This document shows positions 61,954-64,000 of a stretch of DNA of 64,000 nt, piece by piece. How positions within the stretch are numbered: position 1 is the first letter of the stretch; the number at the start of each line of letters is the position of its first letter. The notes below the pieces were generated by a model. That model was not told the origin of the DNA. It did not search any database and saw only the letters and a program-made list of their open reading frames with translations. The translations under genes were made by a program, and so were the position numbers. The stretch is from Gemmatimonadales bacterium (GTDB lineage: Bacteria > Gemmatimonadota > Gemmatimonadetes > Gemmatimonadales > GWC2-71-9): positions 261,302-325,301 of the forward strand of contig JBGATI010000002.1 in assembly GCA_044229245.1 (NCBI GenBank), in the 5' to 3' direction.

Positions 61954-64000
<2,047 letters not shown>

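Overview
This is a high-GC (about 70% by eye) bacterial chromosomal window; the lineage cannot be assigned from sequence alone. Most of it is housekeeping and accessory metabolism:
- a sulfate-assimilation/siroheme operon (cysH, sulfite reductase, CbiX-CobA fusion, hemA, hemD)
- tkt and tal, ilvA, and a partial sucA
- a CarH-like regulator with crtI and crtB
- a penicillin-acylase-family gene
- a cohesin/dockerin trio

Four things are not routine.
1. A visibly lower-GC island lies at about 6.2-16.2 kb. It carries a two-gene type I CBASS (patatin effector plus CD-NTase). Next to it are seven co-oriented single-gene units: GIY-YIG, PD-(D/E)xK, iminopeptidase, PIN-like, Abi_C, putAbiC and a lipoprotein. 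These units are separated by ~128-bp imperfect palindromes with attC-like box order. No integrase is in view.
2. An 11-kb stretch (18.3-29.3 kb) has almost every intergenic gap filled by tandem heptanucleotide arrays, (AGTACTT)n and (CCGGAAC)n. The arrays often supply the last codons and stop codon of the upstream gene. Three gaps also hold a ~90-130-nt multi-hairpin repeat.
3. Two small cysteine-rich ORFs are worth attention. One is a 49-aa metallothionein-like peptide that is missing from the ORF track. The other is a Cys/Met-rich sORF followed by an intrinsic terminator just upstream of cysH, which is an attenuator-like layout.
4. A ~20-unit 21-bp tandem repeat contains three 20-bp units that break every reading frame.

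All calls come from reading the sequence and from remembered family motifs. No searches or calculations were run.
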